Part shown: positions 1-9,548 of the stretch, piece by piece | How the letters are laid out: each line of letters opens with the position of its first letter | Numbering within the stretch: the first letter of the stretch is position 1 | NCBI GenBank assembly: GCA_022749815.1 | Contig: JAKIWV010000003.1 | Span: 158,048-222,047, forward strand | Source: Thermoplasmata archaeon | Lineage (GTDB): Archaea > Thermoplasmatota > Thermoplasmata > Lutacidiplasmatales > UBA184 | Length of the DNA: 64,000 nt | Direction: 5' to 3' | Translations under genes and position numbers: made by a program | The notes under the pieces: model-generated | Told to the model about the DNA's origin: nothing | Database searches by the model: none | Seen by the model: only the letters and a program-made list of their open reading frames with translations

Positions 1-320
1 CCCAAAGCCTCGCGGGGGACACCCTTCGGGTCCTCGGCGTCGCGAAATACTCTGGTTCGATCTCCCTTACGATCATCTAGGCACTCTGCCTTCAACGGGC
101 CGCGCGGTCGGGCGAACTGACGACGCGGGTGAACCATCGAGCGGCGGTCGGCGGGAACGGGCACCTTCGGGACCGCATCCCGCGGACGCCGCGCGGGGGT
201 TCGTGTCGTGGTAGCACGCTCCTCGGTCCGAATTTCGCGTCAGTCCCTCGAGAAGACGGATACGCATCCATACGTGTGTCGAATCTCGAAACGGCAATCG
301 CCGACCTCTCAGACCATAGG

Positions 321-328
321 TTTAAATA
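321..328 (+). promoter_or_regulatory. TATA-like box (TTTAAATA) upstream of pilin gene; GGAGG Shine-Dalgarno at ~375-379
   Basis: AT-rich octamer in GC-rich context ~63 nt upstream of the ATG at 391; GGAGG lies 11 nt before the ATG. Confidence 0.35.
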
Positions 329-390
329 GAAAATGTGGACCCTCTCGGCACTCTGAGGGGAGAAAACACCTCTCGGAGGAAAAACGCGAA

Positions 391-960
391 ATGAAGGTCT
401 GGGGAAAGAATGAACGAAGCTGGCGCCGGAAGAACAAGCGCGCCGTGTCGCCGATTATCGCAACGATTCTACTCGTCGCGATCACGGTGGTCCTGGCGGC
501 GGTCTTGTACATCCTGATCCAGCAATATACGAAGGGAACCGGGGGCGGCGCTCCGCTCGGCAGCGCGCTCGCGTTCGGGAACCCGGCGGACGCCACCTGG
601 GGAACAATCAGCGGCTACAACTTTACCGTGGAGTCTGCTAGCAGCACTCTGACGATCGGGAGTGTCATCTTCCAGGTGAAGTCACCCACCGGCGCGATCA
701 CCACAACGGGAATCACCATCAGCATCGTCAACGTGCAGGGGAAGGTCGAAGGGATCTACACCCCCGCTACAGCGACCTGGGGTGGCTTCACGAGCGTGTG
801 CGGGCCTGCCTTCGCGACGGCCTGCGGTACGACGACCGTGATCACGAGCCAGAACCTGCTCTCGCTCCAGATCACCCCGGCGTCGAGCCTCATCGGGTAC
901 AGCCTCGTGGCACTCGGTCAGGGCGGATTCCAGGGATCGGTCCCAGTAGCGGTCACGTAA
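391..960 (+). CDS. archaeal type IV pilin-like protein with class III (prepilin) signal peptide
   Basis: N-terminus MKVWGKNERSWRRKNKRA|VSPIIATILLVAITVVLAAVLYIL matches the conserved archaeal pilin/archaellin H-domain; the rest is Thr/Gly/Ser-rich; the ORF upstream of Met62 is Arg-rich junk. Confidence 0.75.
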   Translation: MKVWGKNERSWRRKNKRAVSPIIATILLVAITVVLAAVLYILIQQYTKGTGGGAPLGSALAFGNPADATWGTISGYNFTVESASSTLTIGSVIFQVKSPTGAITTTGITISIVNVQGKVEGIYTPATATWGGFTSVCGPAFATACGTTTVITSQNLLSLQITPASSLIGYSLVALGQGGFQGSVPVAVT

Positions 961-998
961 CGGCGAACCGCGTCGGACTCAGCCTAACCCCTTCCTCC

Positions 999-1042
999 CT
1001 CCCGGGGGACGGTCTTCCGTCCCCCGGGGGTAAGATTTTCTC
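999..1042 (+). terminator. 12-14 bp GC hairpin (cccgggggacgg-tctt-ccgtcccccggg) followed by a T-tract (gattttct)
   Basis: Perfect inverted repeat 40 nt after the pilin stop, followed by an oligo-T run; lies between convergent genes. Confidence 0.45.
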
Positions 1043-1156
1043 AACCATCCGGAGAGATCCGGCTACTTCGCCCGAGACTCCTATCGGGGCCGCACGGGAC
1101 CGGTCGGGTCTCCGCTGGGCAACGCGGCGTCTGGCCGGCGAGAGAGTCGGCGGAGT

Positions 1157-2590
1157 CTACAGAGTTTCGTCGTCGGATTTCCTTGACGAGCGGCGCTCGG
1201 AGCGGCGGTGGAAGAGTCCTCTGGATTTCCGTACAGCCGGGCGGGGTCGCCCTCGGGCTCGGGCGGACGGGGCACGTTTCCTGGTCAACGGGTGAGGGTG
1301 GCCGCTCGGGTGCCTGCGGGGGGAGGGGGGTTCTTCCTCCGGCTCCTGCGGGGCCGCGAGCCAGGCGCGAAGACCTTTCCAGCGGCTCCCTTTGGGGCGC
1401 TCTCGCCATTCGGGTCCGTCGTCGTCCTCTTCGGCCTCTTCGTCCTCCTCATCGGCCTCCGCCCGCTCCTCGGCTAGGCGGCGAGGATCCTCGATGCCCT
1501 CGACCCGGAACAGGTAGTGGAGACCGAGGCCGGCGAGGACGATGGCAGAGAGCGTCAACGCCAGGAACTGCCAGGATTGGGGAGGCACCTGCACCGCGTT
1601 GCCGTCGACGAGGAGCTTGAACGAGCCCACCCACGGGAGCATCCCGCGGGCCGCCCCCACGACCCAGTCTCCCATGACCAGGGCCGAGATGCCCGAGACC
1701 TGGTCGATCTCGCCCTGGGCCGGAGTGCCGGAAACGACGTTGTTGTCCCCCATCGTGATGAACCCGGAGTAATGGCTCAGCCCTCCGAGGGGGATGGACA
1801 CGGACGCGTCCTGCCATCCCACGTGGAACAGGGTGACCGTGCTGAGAATGCCCTGGGAGTTGGTGGACAGGCAGCCGTTCCCGGTTCCGGCCACGGAGTA
1901 GAGGGCGTTCGGGGCCGACCCGCACGGGAGCCCGAAGAGCGCCGGCGCGGAAAAGTCCCGGTTCGTCGCATTCCAGAATAGGAACAGGACGGCCCGATGG
2001 ATTACGGGCGTCACCGAAGAGTCGCCGTTGGGATGGTAGAGGAGGACGTCACCGTATTCGCCGTAGGTACTGTAGCCGGAGTGCTCGCCGGCCACGTACG
2101 GCACGATCGCCGAGGGATCGATCTTCTTCACCAGGACCAGGTCCCCCGTGTTGATGATCCCTACCACGTCGCCCGAACCGTGCTGCATGCTGCCGGATTC
2201 CACCACGAAGATCGGGGGCCAGTTCGAGGTATAGGCAAAGAGAGAGACGAGCAGTAGCACGATGATCGCCAAGGCGACCAGCGGCTCGAAGTACCAACTG
2301 TCCCGCGCCCGGAAGAAGACCGGCCGGCGGAGAAAGCGCATGAACCGCTGAACTCCGCCGCCATACTCTTTCTGATCCCTTTCCACGGCCGCCAGGTCGT
2401 CCTCCTCGTCATCGAGGTCGGAAACGGTCCACGGTCGCACCGCGCCTCGGCCGCGGGACCGGCGGCTCCGCGCCGCCCGCCGTCGGGGCGGGGGAGGCGC
2501 TTCCACCTCCTCTTCCTCGTCGTCGAGTTCGTCCTCGTCGAGGTCGGGGTCCTCGGCGTCCGTGTCGGTCGACCCTCCCCTTCGAACCAT
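1157..2590 (-). CDS. signal peptidase I (S26B/Sec11-like) with acidic N- and C-terminal extensions
   Basis: Catalytic box IFVVESGSMQHG after a TM helix; second TM near the C-terminus; poly-D/E tracts at both ends; start uncertain. Confidence 0.7.
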   Translation of the reverse strand: MVRRGGSTDTDAEDPDLDEDELDDEEEEVEAPPPPRRRAARSRRSRGRGAVRPWTVSDLDDEEDDLAAVERDQKEYGGGVQRFMRFLRRPVFFRARDSWYFEPLVALAIIVLLLVSLFAYTSNWPPIFVVESGSMQHGSGDVVGIINTGDLVLVKKIDPSAIVPYVAGEHSGYSTYGEYGDVLLYHPNGDSSVTPVIHRAVLFLFWNATNRDFSAPALFGLPCGSAPNALYSVAGTGNGCLSTNSQGILSTVTLFHVGWQDASVSIPLGGLSHYSGFITMGDNNVVSGTPAQGEIDQVSGISALVMGDWVVGAARGMLPWVGSFKLLVDGNAVQVPPQSWQFLALTLSAIVLAGLGLHYLFRVEGIEDPRRLAEERAEADEEDEEAEEDDDGPEWRERPKGSRWKGLRAWLAAPQEPEEEPPSPRRHPSGHPHPLTRKRAPSARARGRPRPAVRKSRGLFHRRSERRSSRKSDDETL

Positions 2591-2617
2591 GCAGGTCCGG
2601 CGGACCGATTCGGCTTC

Positions 2618-3325
2618 TTAGCTCTTGGTCTCTACCCGAATCGAGGGCCCGATCGTGACCCGAACCGCTCCCCGCACGAGGAGTGCGGCGGCGATGAAAA
2701 GGGGCAGCAATACGAGGTCGCTTCCCGGCCAGTGGAAGCCCAAAGTCTCCCCCGCCCAGAAGACCGCGAAGGTAAACAGCAGAGCGGTCGCGGCGGTCTT
2801 CAAGGCGGGGATTTTGATGCGGCGGATCTGCCCGTGGAGCATCACGGCGAGCCCAACCAGCAATGCACCGGCCGCGAGGGCGGCGACGAGCGCCGTGAAA
2901 CCGTAGCCCGGGGCGGCCAACGCGAGGAGCACGATGACGGCCTCGGTGGCCTCGACAGCGCCCACGGAGAAGCCGCTCCCGAACTGCACCACTGGGTGAG
3001 GCTCCGGAGCAGGACCAGCGCTGCCGGAAGCCGCTTGAGCGCGGCGGTACGAGCGTACGGTGCTCTGGAAGAGGAACACGCCGAACGCGGCCAGCACGAC
3101 GGCGGACGGGCCGAGTACGTATGTCGAGGGAAGCCGTTCAACGGCGGCGCCCGCCACGAGGGCAATGGCGGCTACGAGCGCGGTGCCCGAAATCGCGCCC
3201 CAGACCGCCGTCCGAAGCCCACGGGCCCCGCCGCCCAGCGCGAAGACGAGCGCGACCACCTCGGTCATCTCGAGGAGGACAATGAGGAACGCCGGGACGA
3301 ACACCGGCGCGTAGAGCAGGCTCAC
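2618..3325 (-). CDS. polytopic membrane protein with duplicated ExxE motifs (LEMTEV / VEATEA), possibly an FTR1/EfeU-like permease
   Basis: About 7 hydrophobic helices; two internal repeats each carrying E-x-x-E within a TM; start set at an in-frame GTG (an ATG at 3268 is an alternative). Confidence 0.45.
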   Translation of the reverse strand: MSLLYAPVFVPAFLIVLLEMTEVVALVFALGGGARGLRTAVWGAISGTALVAAIALVAGAAVERLPSTYVLGPSAVVLAAFGVFLFQSTVRSYRRAQAASGSAGPAPEPHPVVQFGSGFSVGAVEATEAVIVLLALAAPGYGFTALVAALAAGALLVGLAVMLHGQIRRIKIPALKTAATALLFTFAVFWAGETLGFHWPGSDLVLLPLFIAAALLVRGAVRVTIGPSIRVETKS

Positions 3326-3399
3326 GAAAGACCCGACAGAGCCGCATCTTTTAATGCCTCTCGGTCTCGATGGAAAGATAGGGGGCGGAGGTGCCACCG

Positions 3400-4032
3400 A
3401 TGAGCCGGACCTACGACATTACGGCCGACCTACATCCGGGAATGGCGGCGTTCCCGGGCGACCCCCCGATCACGGTCCGACCCACCCACTCGTTCGCGAA
3501 AGGGGACCCCTACAACCTCTCGGAGTTGTCGATGGGCACCCACGCGGGCACCCATATCGACCCGCCCCGACACTTCCTGCCGAACGGTCTCACGGCGGAC
3601 CGGATCGACCTCGAAGCAATCAACGGCCCGTGTCGGGTGGTTCACATCCCCGATTCCCACCGGGAAGTGAGCACTGGCGACCTGAAGGGGCTGCTCCACG
3701 GGGTCTCGCGTGTGCTGTTCCGGACCCAGAACTCGGTGCATTGGGCCCGTGACGAGGGGTTCTTTCCCGACTACGTGGGCCTCGCCCCCGAAACGGCAGA
3801 GTATCTCGCCGCCGCAACGTTCCGGCTCGTTGGCATCGACTCCCAGTCCATCGAGCGGGACCCGACGGGGCAGTATCCCGTCCACCACACGCTCCTCGGG
3901 AGCGGCTGCCTGATCCTCGAGGGGTTGAGACTCGCCGAGGTGCCCCCGGGAGAGTACGAGCTGAGATGTCTTCCGCTCAAGCTCCGGGACGGCGACGGCG
4001 CGCCCTGCCGGGCGATCCTCGTCGCCCCCTGA
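3400..4032 (+). CDS. cyclase family protein (kynurenine formamidase-like, PF04199)
   Basis: HxGTHxDxPxH signature present (MGTHAGTHIDPPRHF). Confidence 0.7.
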   Translation: MSRTYDITADLHPGMAAFPGDPPITVRPTHSFAKGDPYNLSELSMGTHAGTHIDPPRHFLPNGLTADRIDLEAINGPCRVVHIPDSHREVSTGDLKGLLHGVSRVLFRTQNSVHWARDEGFFPDYVGLAPETAEYLAAATFRLVGIDSQSIERDPTGQYPVHHTLLGSGCLILEGLRLAEVPPGEYELRCLPLKLRDGDGAPCRAILVAP

Positions 4033-4533
4033 GGACGTGGAGTGCCCTCGAATCCTTTCTCTTCCGCGGGGAACTTGGGTGCCCTTACGTGGACCGGTCT
4101 AGGCCGCTACCCCCTGCCGCTCGACACGTGGGCGTTCGCGATCCTGCTCGGCGTCCTAGGTCTGCTCGCCGCAAGTATCTCGTCCTCCGGTTCCAGCATC
4201 CGACCGGTCGTGGCTGGGTCCTAAGCTACCTCCAAGCGGTCGGCGTAACCGCTGCATTCTTGGTCACCGGCGTGTTCTTGGTGGTCTCTCTCCACCCCCT
4301 CGACCCCTTCGGCCACCGGGCCGTCCCGGCGGTCAATCGAACGGGGCCGATGGCTTCGGGCTCGCTCTCGCGGTCCCGGTCCTCACCGTCGATAGCTCGG
4401 TTCAGAGTCGTACCGGTGGCGGAGTTCCGTGGAGGCGCCCCTCGGTCGTCGTCTCGGTGGCGATGCTATTCGCGTTTTTCAGCCACTACTATCACTACGG
4501 AATCCCGGGTCCCTAGCCCTGGTCGCCCGCAGC

Positions 4534-4716
4534 CTAGTCCCGCTCGTCCGGCGGCAGCAGGTTAGGGATGCCGTCCTCTATCGGGTATTCGGTGCCGCAC
4601 TTGGTGCAGGTGAGCACTCCTTCGACGATCTCGGGCCCCTCGGTCTTCCGGGTCGTGAGCTGGAGGTCCGCGCGGCAGAGGGGACAGCAGAGGATCTCCA
4701 TCAGGTCGGGCTTCAC
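4534..4716 (-). CDS. Trm112-family zinc-ribbon protein
   Basis: MKPDLMEILCCPLCRADL...CTKCGTEYPIEDGIPNLL; its ATG overlaps the aIF2-gamma stop as ATGA. Confidence 0.65.
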   Translation of the reverse strand: MKPDLMEILCCPLCRADLQLTTRKTEGPEIVEGVLTCTKCGTEYPIEDGIPNLLPPDERD

Positions 4717-5948
4717 TTCGCATCCCCCTCGATGATCCCGTGACCGATAAGTCGCCAGGCGTTAAACTTCCGGGAGATCGCGACCCGGCTCCCTGGAAAG
4801 ACAGTGACCGGCCGGGCGAGATGGATCTCGATCTCGTCGCCCCGAGCGCTCGTGACCTTGCCGGGCGCGACCGTCGTCCCGACGTTGAGCGATACGAGCT
4901 CGTTGGAGCGGATCTTTTCGACTTTCACCTCTTTCTGGACGCCGACGACCCGGTCCAAGAGCGTCACATTGACCCGTACCTTCTGGGTTACGGGTGGAAG
5001 CGTTTCGGTAGTGCCGATGAGCCGGCCCATGAGCGCGTCGGCTTTCGTGTACGAGGGGTCGAGTGTGGTCCCAACGGCGGCGAGCCCGCCCGGGTGAAGC
5101 TCCTCGAGCTCGTTCCCGCCGGAGACGAGCGACGTGATCTCGGTGTGGATCTCCGAGGGGTGGCCGTCGGTCGCTCCCGTGAGCCCCGGCCGGAGCTCGA
5201 TCTCGTCGCCGACCCGGAGCCGCCCCTGGAGCAGCGAGCCGCCGAGGACGCCGCCTCGGAGGTCGCCGGGCCGCGTTCCCGGCTTGTTCACGTCAAAGGA
5301 CCGCGCGATGTACATGAGGGGCGGCTTGGAGGCGTCGCGCCGCGGAGTGGGGATCGTGCGCTCGATCGTGTCGATGAGGGCATCGATGTTGACTTTGTGG
5401 TTGGCCGAGATCGGCACGATCGGAGCGCCTTGAATCGGGCTGCCCTGAAGGAATGTCGTGATCTGGCGGAAATTCTCCATCGCTTGTTCGGCCGTCAGGA
5501 GGTCGATCTTGTTCTGGACCACCACGACCTTTCGGACGCCGATGATGTCGAGGGCGTACAGGTGTTCCCGCGTCTGGGGCTGGGGCACTGGTTCGTTGGC
5601 CGCGATCAGCAGGAGGGCTCCGTCCATCAATGCCGCCCCCGACAGCATCGTCGCCATCAGGGCTTCGTGGCCGGGTGCGTCGACGAAAGAGACGGCGCGG
5701 ACGAACTTCGCCTCGTCGCCGCAGATCGGGCACCTCGGTTCGACCGTGTACCCCGCGGGCGCCTCGTGCTTCGGGCACTTGTAGAACGCGGCGTCCGCGT
5801 AACCGAGCTTGATCGAGATGCCCCGCTTCAGTTCCTCGGAGTGGCGGTCGGTCCATTCGCCGGTGAGGGTCTGGGTGAGGGTGGTCTTTCCGTGGTCGAC
5901 GTGGCCCACGAGACCGATATTGACCTCGGGTTGCTTGGGGACCCTCAT
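4713..5948 (-). CDS. eif2g: translation initiation factor aIF2 gamma subunit
   Basis: GHVDHGKTTL G1 motif, zinc knuckle CPKH...CPICG, DAPGHE, NKIDL; 411 aa from Met182 of the long ORF. Confidence 0.9.
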   Translation of the reverse strand: MRVPKQPEVNIGLVGHVDHGKTTLTQTLTGEWTDRHSEELKRGISIKLGYADAAFYKCPKHEAPAGYTVEPRCPICGDEAKFVRAVSFVDAPGHEALMATMLSGAALMDGALLLIAANEPVPQPQTREHLYALDIIGVRKVVVVQNKIDLLTAEQAMENFRQITTFLQGSPIQGAPIVPISANHKVNIDALIDTIERTIPTPRRDASKPPLMYIARSFDVNKPGTRPGDLRGGVLGGSLLQGRLRVGDEIELRPGLTGATDGHPSEIHTEITSLVSGGNELEELHPGGLAAVGTTLDPSYTKADALMGRLIGTTETLPPVTQKVRVNVTLLDRVVGVQKEVKVEKIRSNELVSLNVGTTVAPGKVTSARGDEIEIHLARPVTVFPGSRVAISRKFNAWRLIGHGIIEGDAK

Positions 5949-6325
5949 CAAGCAGCCGTCAGGAGCTCCGCGAGAGGCTTCGAGCCCTTGGCCTCGACGG
6001 CCAAGTTGACCTGAACCGTGTCCTCGCTGATGGTGTTCCCCCGGAAGGTGCGTCGCTTCCGCATGCCGCGGCGCGGCGCGTGGAACCCAAGTCCGTCCCC
6101 CACCAGCACCCGCATTTGACGCGCGCCCGGAAGATCCGGCCGGAGGGGAAAGCCGCTCTTGTCGGTCCCGCCCGTGATCTTCAACGTGTAGCCGGGCAGT
6201 CCGAGGGCATCTCCCCCGACCGTTTCCCCGATGCGCCGGCCCAAGAGAGCGGAGACCTGCGCGTCCGCAATGGTGCGGGCGTACGATTTCTCCTTCTCGG
6301 AAATCACGGCTTTGAACTCGACCAT
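5948..6325 (-). CDS. rps6e: 30S ribosomal protein S6e
   Basis: ITGGTDKSGFPLRPDLPG ... MRKRRTFRGNTIS; its stop overlaps the aIF2-gamma start (ATGA). Confidence 0.9.
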   Translation of the reverse strand: MVEFKAVISEKEKSYARTIADAQVSALLGRRIGETVGGDALGLPGYTLKITGGTDKSGFPLRPDLPGARQMRVLVGDGLGFHAPRRGMRKRRTFRGNTISEDTVQVNLAVEAKGSKPLAELLTAA

Positions 6326-6363
6326 CGTCCTCAGAACGGAGCGGGGCGGCCAGCAGGGGGCCG

Positions 6364-6370
6364 TTTAAAA
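6364..6370 (-). promoter_or_regulatory. TATA-like box (TTTTAAA on minus strand) ~39 nt upstream of the S6e ATG; GAGG SD-like element 4-7 nt before the ATG
   Basis: Only AT-rich heptamer in the divergent intergenic region 6326-6475. Confidence 0.35.
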
Positions 6371-6475
6371 GCGTGTCGTGGCGCGATGGAGCGCTATCGA
6401 TAGAAGCGGTCCGCCCGGGCCCGGTCCGCCCTCCCCTCTTAAGTGCCGGGCGTCTGCTCACGCTGTCCGACCGTA

Positions 6476-7396
6476 ATGCTCTCCATCCCACCGACCGCGC
6501 TGTTCGCCGCCGAGGCCATGATCCTGCTCGGAGGTCTCGGATTCGCGGCGTACCAGGATTGGAAACTTCGCGAAGTCGCCGACGAGATTTGGCAGGGCAT
6601 GGCAGTGCTCGGCGCCGTCGTGGGCTTCCTCGCCTTCTTGGGTAACTCCCTCGCGCTGTTCCTCTGGGCGCTGGTGAGCCTGTGGGTGTGGGAGCATCTG
6701 TTTCCCTGGGATGCGGTGCTCGAGAAGTACCCGGAGCGACTCCCCGGGGCGATCGAGATCGGGATCTACGTGGGGGTTCTCGCCGTCCTGATCGCGTGCG
6801 CCCTGGCGTTCGGCGTGGGCGGGACCGGAGTCCCCGTCGCGATTCTCGCCGTCGCCGTCTCGATCCTTCTCGCCCGAGGGCTGTTCGAAGTGGGGGTCCT
6901 CTACGGAGGCGCGGACGCGAAGGCCCTGATGGTGGCTGGGCTGTTGTTGCCCCTCGATTCCATGCCCCTGTGGTCTCCGTCGACGATCACGCCACTTCTC
7001 GCGTACTACCCATTCGCCCTGACGCTCCTCATCGACGCGGCGCTCTTCGCCGTCGTCGTTCCCATCGCGATCGCCCTACGGAACCTCTCGGTCGGCGAGT
7101 TCACGTTCCCCCGTGGTTTCACTGGATACTATATTCCGGTCGGGGAGCTCCCCCACCGATTCGTCTGGATCAAAGACCCGACGTTCAACGGGACCCCCGC
7201 CTCCGAAGAACCCGAGCCGCAGACCACGGAGGAGGACCGGGAACTCCGCCAACGTCAGGCCGATGAGCTCGCCAAGCAGGGGGTGAACCGGGTCTGGGTC
7301 ACCCCCCAGCTGCCGTTCATTCTCTGGATCCTGGCGGGCGCGGTCGCGGCGCTCATTGCCGGGAATCTAGTCTTTGACCTCGTCGGCGCGCTCTAG
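6476..7396 (+). CDS. archaeal prepilin/preflagellin peptidase (A24 family, FlaK/PibD-like)
   Basis: Polytopic membrane protein with the conserved GGADAKAL aspartyl-protease motif and an upstream Asp (YQDWK). Confidence 0.7.
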   Translation: MLSIPPTALFAAEAMILLGGLGFAAYQDWKLREVADEIWQGMAVLGAVVGFLAFLGNSLALFLWALVSLWVWEHLFPWDAVLEKYPERLPGAIEIGIYVGVLAVLIACALAFGVGGTGVPVAILAVAVSILLARGLFEVGVLYGGADAKALMVAGLLLPLDSMPLWSPSTITPLLAYYPFALTLLIDAALFAVVVPIAIALRNLSVGEFTFPRGFTGYYIPVGELPHRFVWIKDPTFNGTPASEEPEPQTTEEDRELRQRQADELAKQGVNRVWVTPQLPFILWILAGAVAALIAGNLVFDLVGAL

Positions 7397-7457
7397 GCCG
7401 GACGAGGAGGTCCGGAAACCTTTTTGTCTCGGCGACCGACTGTATCGCGGGCCACCG

Positions 7458-7877
7458 ATGTCGCCGTCCGGTTCCGCAGGACCCATTCGAGTGTTGATCG
7501 CGAAGCCCGGGCTCGACGGGCACGACCGGGGGGCCAAGGTAGTCGCCCGCGCCCTTCGGGACGCCGGCATGGAGGTGATCTATGCGGGCCTGCGCCAGAC
7601 GCCGGAGGAGATCGTCGAATCGGCATTGGAAGAGGACGTACGCCTCATCGGTCTCTCGATCCTCTCCGGTGCGCACATGGCCCTCTTTCCGCGAGTGCTG
7701 GCCTTGCTGAAGCAGAAGCGGGCTACTCGAATCCGGGTCTTCGCCGGAGGGATCATTCCGGACGAGGATGCGAAACGACTCAAGAAGATGGGAATCCGGG
7801 CGATCTTCGGCCCCGGCGCCTCGCTGGACGAGATTGTTGCGACGGCCCGGAAGATCGCGGGGCCGTCGCGTACATGA
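7458..7877 (+). CDS. methylmalonyl-CoA mutase small subunit (B12-binding domain)
   Basis: [33 protein letters not shown]...GGIIP; classic cobalamin-binding DxHxxG. Confidence 0.8.
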   Translation: MSPSGSAGPIRVLIAKPGLDGHDRGAKVVARALRDAGMEVIYAGLRQTPEEIVESALEEDVRLIGLSILSGAHMALFPRVLALLKQKRATRIRVFAGGIIPDEDAKRLKKMGIRAIFGPGASLDEIVATARKIAGPSRT

Positions 7878-8845
7878 ATCGGCGGGCACCGGCACCACTC
7901 CCGGACGCGGCGCGTCGGGTGCTCCGGGGGGACCGGCAGGCCCTCGCGCGTCTCATCAGCCAGGTGGAGAACCGTGACCGTTCCGTTTTACCGGCCGTTC
8001 GGGCGCTGTACGCTCGCTCGGGCCACGCCACCGTGGTCGGCCTCACCGGACCATTGGGCGTCGGAAAATCGTCCATCCTCAACCTCCTGCTCGGGCATCT
8101 GCGGGCTCTGCGGAAACGCGTCGGGATCGTCGCGGTGGACCCCTCGAGTCCGTTTTCCGGGGGGTCGATCCTCGGGGACCGGATCCGTCTCGAACGGCCG
8201 GCCGGGGACGATGGCGTGTTCATCCGGTCGATGGCCGCCCGGGGCCACGCGGGGGGGGTGGCGCTCGCCACCCGGGAGACGGTGCGGCTCCTCGACGCAT
8301 TCGGCATGGAGGTCATCTTGGTAGAGACGGTGGGGAGCGGGCAATCGGATGTGGAGATCCACGAGGTCGCGTCGACGAGCGTGGTGGTCGTGGTCCCACA
8401 CCTCGGCGACGATGTTCAGTCGATGAAAGCCGGCCTCTTCGAGATCGCCGATGTCTTTTGTGTCAACAAGGCCGACCTGCCCGGAGCCGATTCCGCGGCG
8501 AAATATCTGACGGAGATGACGCAGCTCGGGGTCGCGAAAGGACGCTGGCGCCCTCAGGTGATCCAAACTTCCACGACCCCCCCGCGCGGTATTTCGGAGC
8601 TCTGGGAGGCGATCGCAGCCCACGAGGCGTACCTCGATTCCAGCGGTTCTCGCCGAGGGCAGGACCGACAGCGCCTCACCGGCGAGATTCTCGGACTCGT
8701 TCGCGAACGGGTCGATGCGTCACTGGCCGCGGCCCTCGAACGGGACCCCGACCTGCAGGCCGTCCTCGACCGCGTGGTGGCCCGAAAGATCGACCCTCAT
8801 ACGGCGGCGGATCGACTACTCGCCGCGGTCCGCCGCCCGAAGTAG
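7874..8845 (+). CDS. meaB: methylmalonyl-CoA mutase-associated GTPase MeaB/ArgK (G3E family)
   Basis: [13 protein letters not shown]-loop, [14 protein letters not shown]; ATG overlaps the preceding stop (ATGA). Confidence 0.85.
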   Translation: MNRRAPAPLPDAARRVLRGDRQALARLISQVENRDRSVLPAVRALYARSGHATVVGLTGPLGVGKSSILNLLLGHLRALRKRVGIVAVDPSSPFSGGSILGDRIRLERPAGDDGVFIRSMAARGHAGGVALATRETVRLLDAFGMEVILVETVGSGQSDVEIHEVASTSVVVVVPHLGDDVQSMKAGLFEIADVFCVNKADLPGADSAAKYLTEMTQLGVAKGRWRPQVIQTSTTPPRGISELWEAIAAHEAYLDSSGSRRGQDRQRLTGEILGLVRERVDASLAAALERDPDLQAVLDRVVARKIDPHTAADRLLAAVRRPK

Positions 8846-8854
8846 GGCCGGTCG

Positions 8855-9439
8855 ATGTCACTCTCCACAGACGTGTACGTCCTCAGCCTTGTAGGGGTGG
8901 GGATCGTCGCGTACTTCCTGTACGCTTCGTTCGCGTTCGGGGCAGGATATCAGCCGACGCCGGCCCGGGTCGTCCGACGGATGCTCGAACTCGCGGCCAT
9001 CGGCCCGCGCGATGCAGTGTACGACCTCGGGGCCGGGACCGGGGCCATCGTGTTCGCCGCGGCCCGAACGTACGGCGCGCGTGTGGTCGGGGTGGAAGTG
9101 GAACCGCTTCGAGTGCTGATCCTCCGTCTCCGTCTCTGGTGGGGGGGACCCCGGGACCGGATCACCATCGTCTGGGGGAGCATCTTCAAGGTCGACCTTC
9201 ATTCGGCGCAGGTCGTAGCGGTCTTCCTCTGGCCGGGCGCGATGGCGCGGCTCAAGGCGATGCTTGAGAACCAACTTCCGGCCGGCGCCCGAGTGGTGAG
9301 CCATTGGCACAAGGTGCCGGGCTGGACGGCCGAGGTGGTCGACCCGGAACTGAGAGTGTACTTTTACCGGTGGCCGGCGGCGCGCGTCGATGCCGGTGGG
9401 ACTACGGGTGAAAGTGGAACCAGAGCGCCGCGCCAATAG
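8855..9439 (+). CDS. membrane-anchored class I SAM-dependent methyltransferase
   Basis: N-terminal TM helix, then motif I VYDLGAGTGAIVFAAA and the acidic post-I VGVEVE. Confidence 0.55.
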   Translation: MSLSTDVYVLSLVGVGIVAYFLYASFAFGAGYQPTPARVVRRMLELAAIGPRDAVYDLGAGTGAIVFAAARTYGARVVGVEVEPLRVLILRLRLWWGGPRDRITIVWGSIFKVDLHSAQVVAVFLWPGAMARLKAMLENQLPAGARVVSHWHKVPGWTAEVVDPELRVYFYRWPAARVDAGGTTGESGTRAPRQ

Positions 9440-9548
9440 CCAGTACGACGAGAATGATGAGGAATCCCGAGATCCAGCCCTTGTAGAGAGTCCAGATTCC
9501 GTCGCTCGTCGCACCGCCGGGTCTCGACTGGACTGCAGTTGCGGTCAT
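9402..9548 (-). CDS. small (48 aa) single-TM protein
   Basis: MTATAVQ...IWTLYKGWISGFLIILVVLAIGAALWFHFHP; rich in I/F/W/Y, which is unusual for chance ORFs in this GC context; ATGA-coupled to the upstream small ORF. Confidence 0.35.
   Translation of the reverse strand: MTATAVQSRPGGATSDGIWTLYKGWISGFLIILVVLAIGAALWFHFHP

Noticed and set aside
4033-4533. Possible SRP RNA or RNase P RNA in the ~500-nt gap
   Set aside because: Could not find the conserved motifs (for example GGAAAGTCCGG of RNase P CR-I) by eye. The frame-hopping hydrophobic ORFs fit a decayed membrane-protein gene better. This remains untested without a covariance-model scan.
4740-6014. 424-aa plus-strand ORF antisense to aIF2-gamma; similar long ORFs at 10632-11516(-), 21531-23222(+), 24426-25382(+), 26509-27552(+), 40456-41208(-) and 44124-45302(+)
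   Set aside because: All are Arg/Gly/Pro/Asp-rich with no hydrophobic core. They are typical shadow ORFs of a 68% GC genome lying antisense to strongly conserved genes.
7424-7873. 150 extra N-terminal codons on the MeaB ORF
   Set aside because: Overlaps the B12-binding mutase subunit gene in another frame. MeaB starts at the ATG that overlaps that gene's stop.
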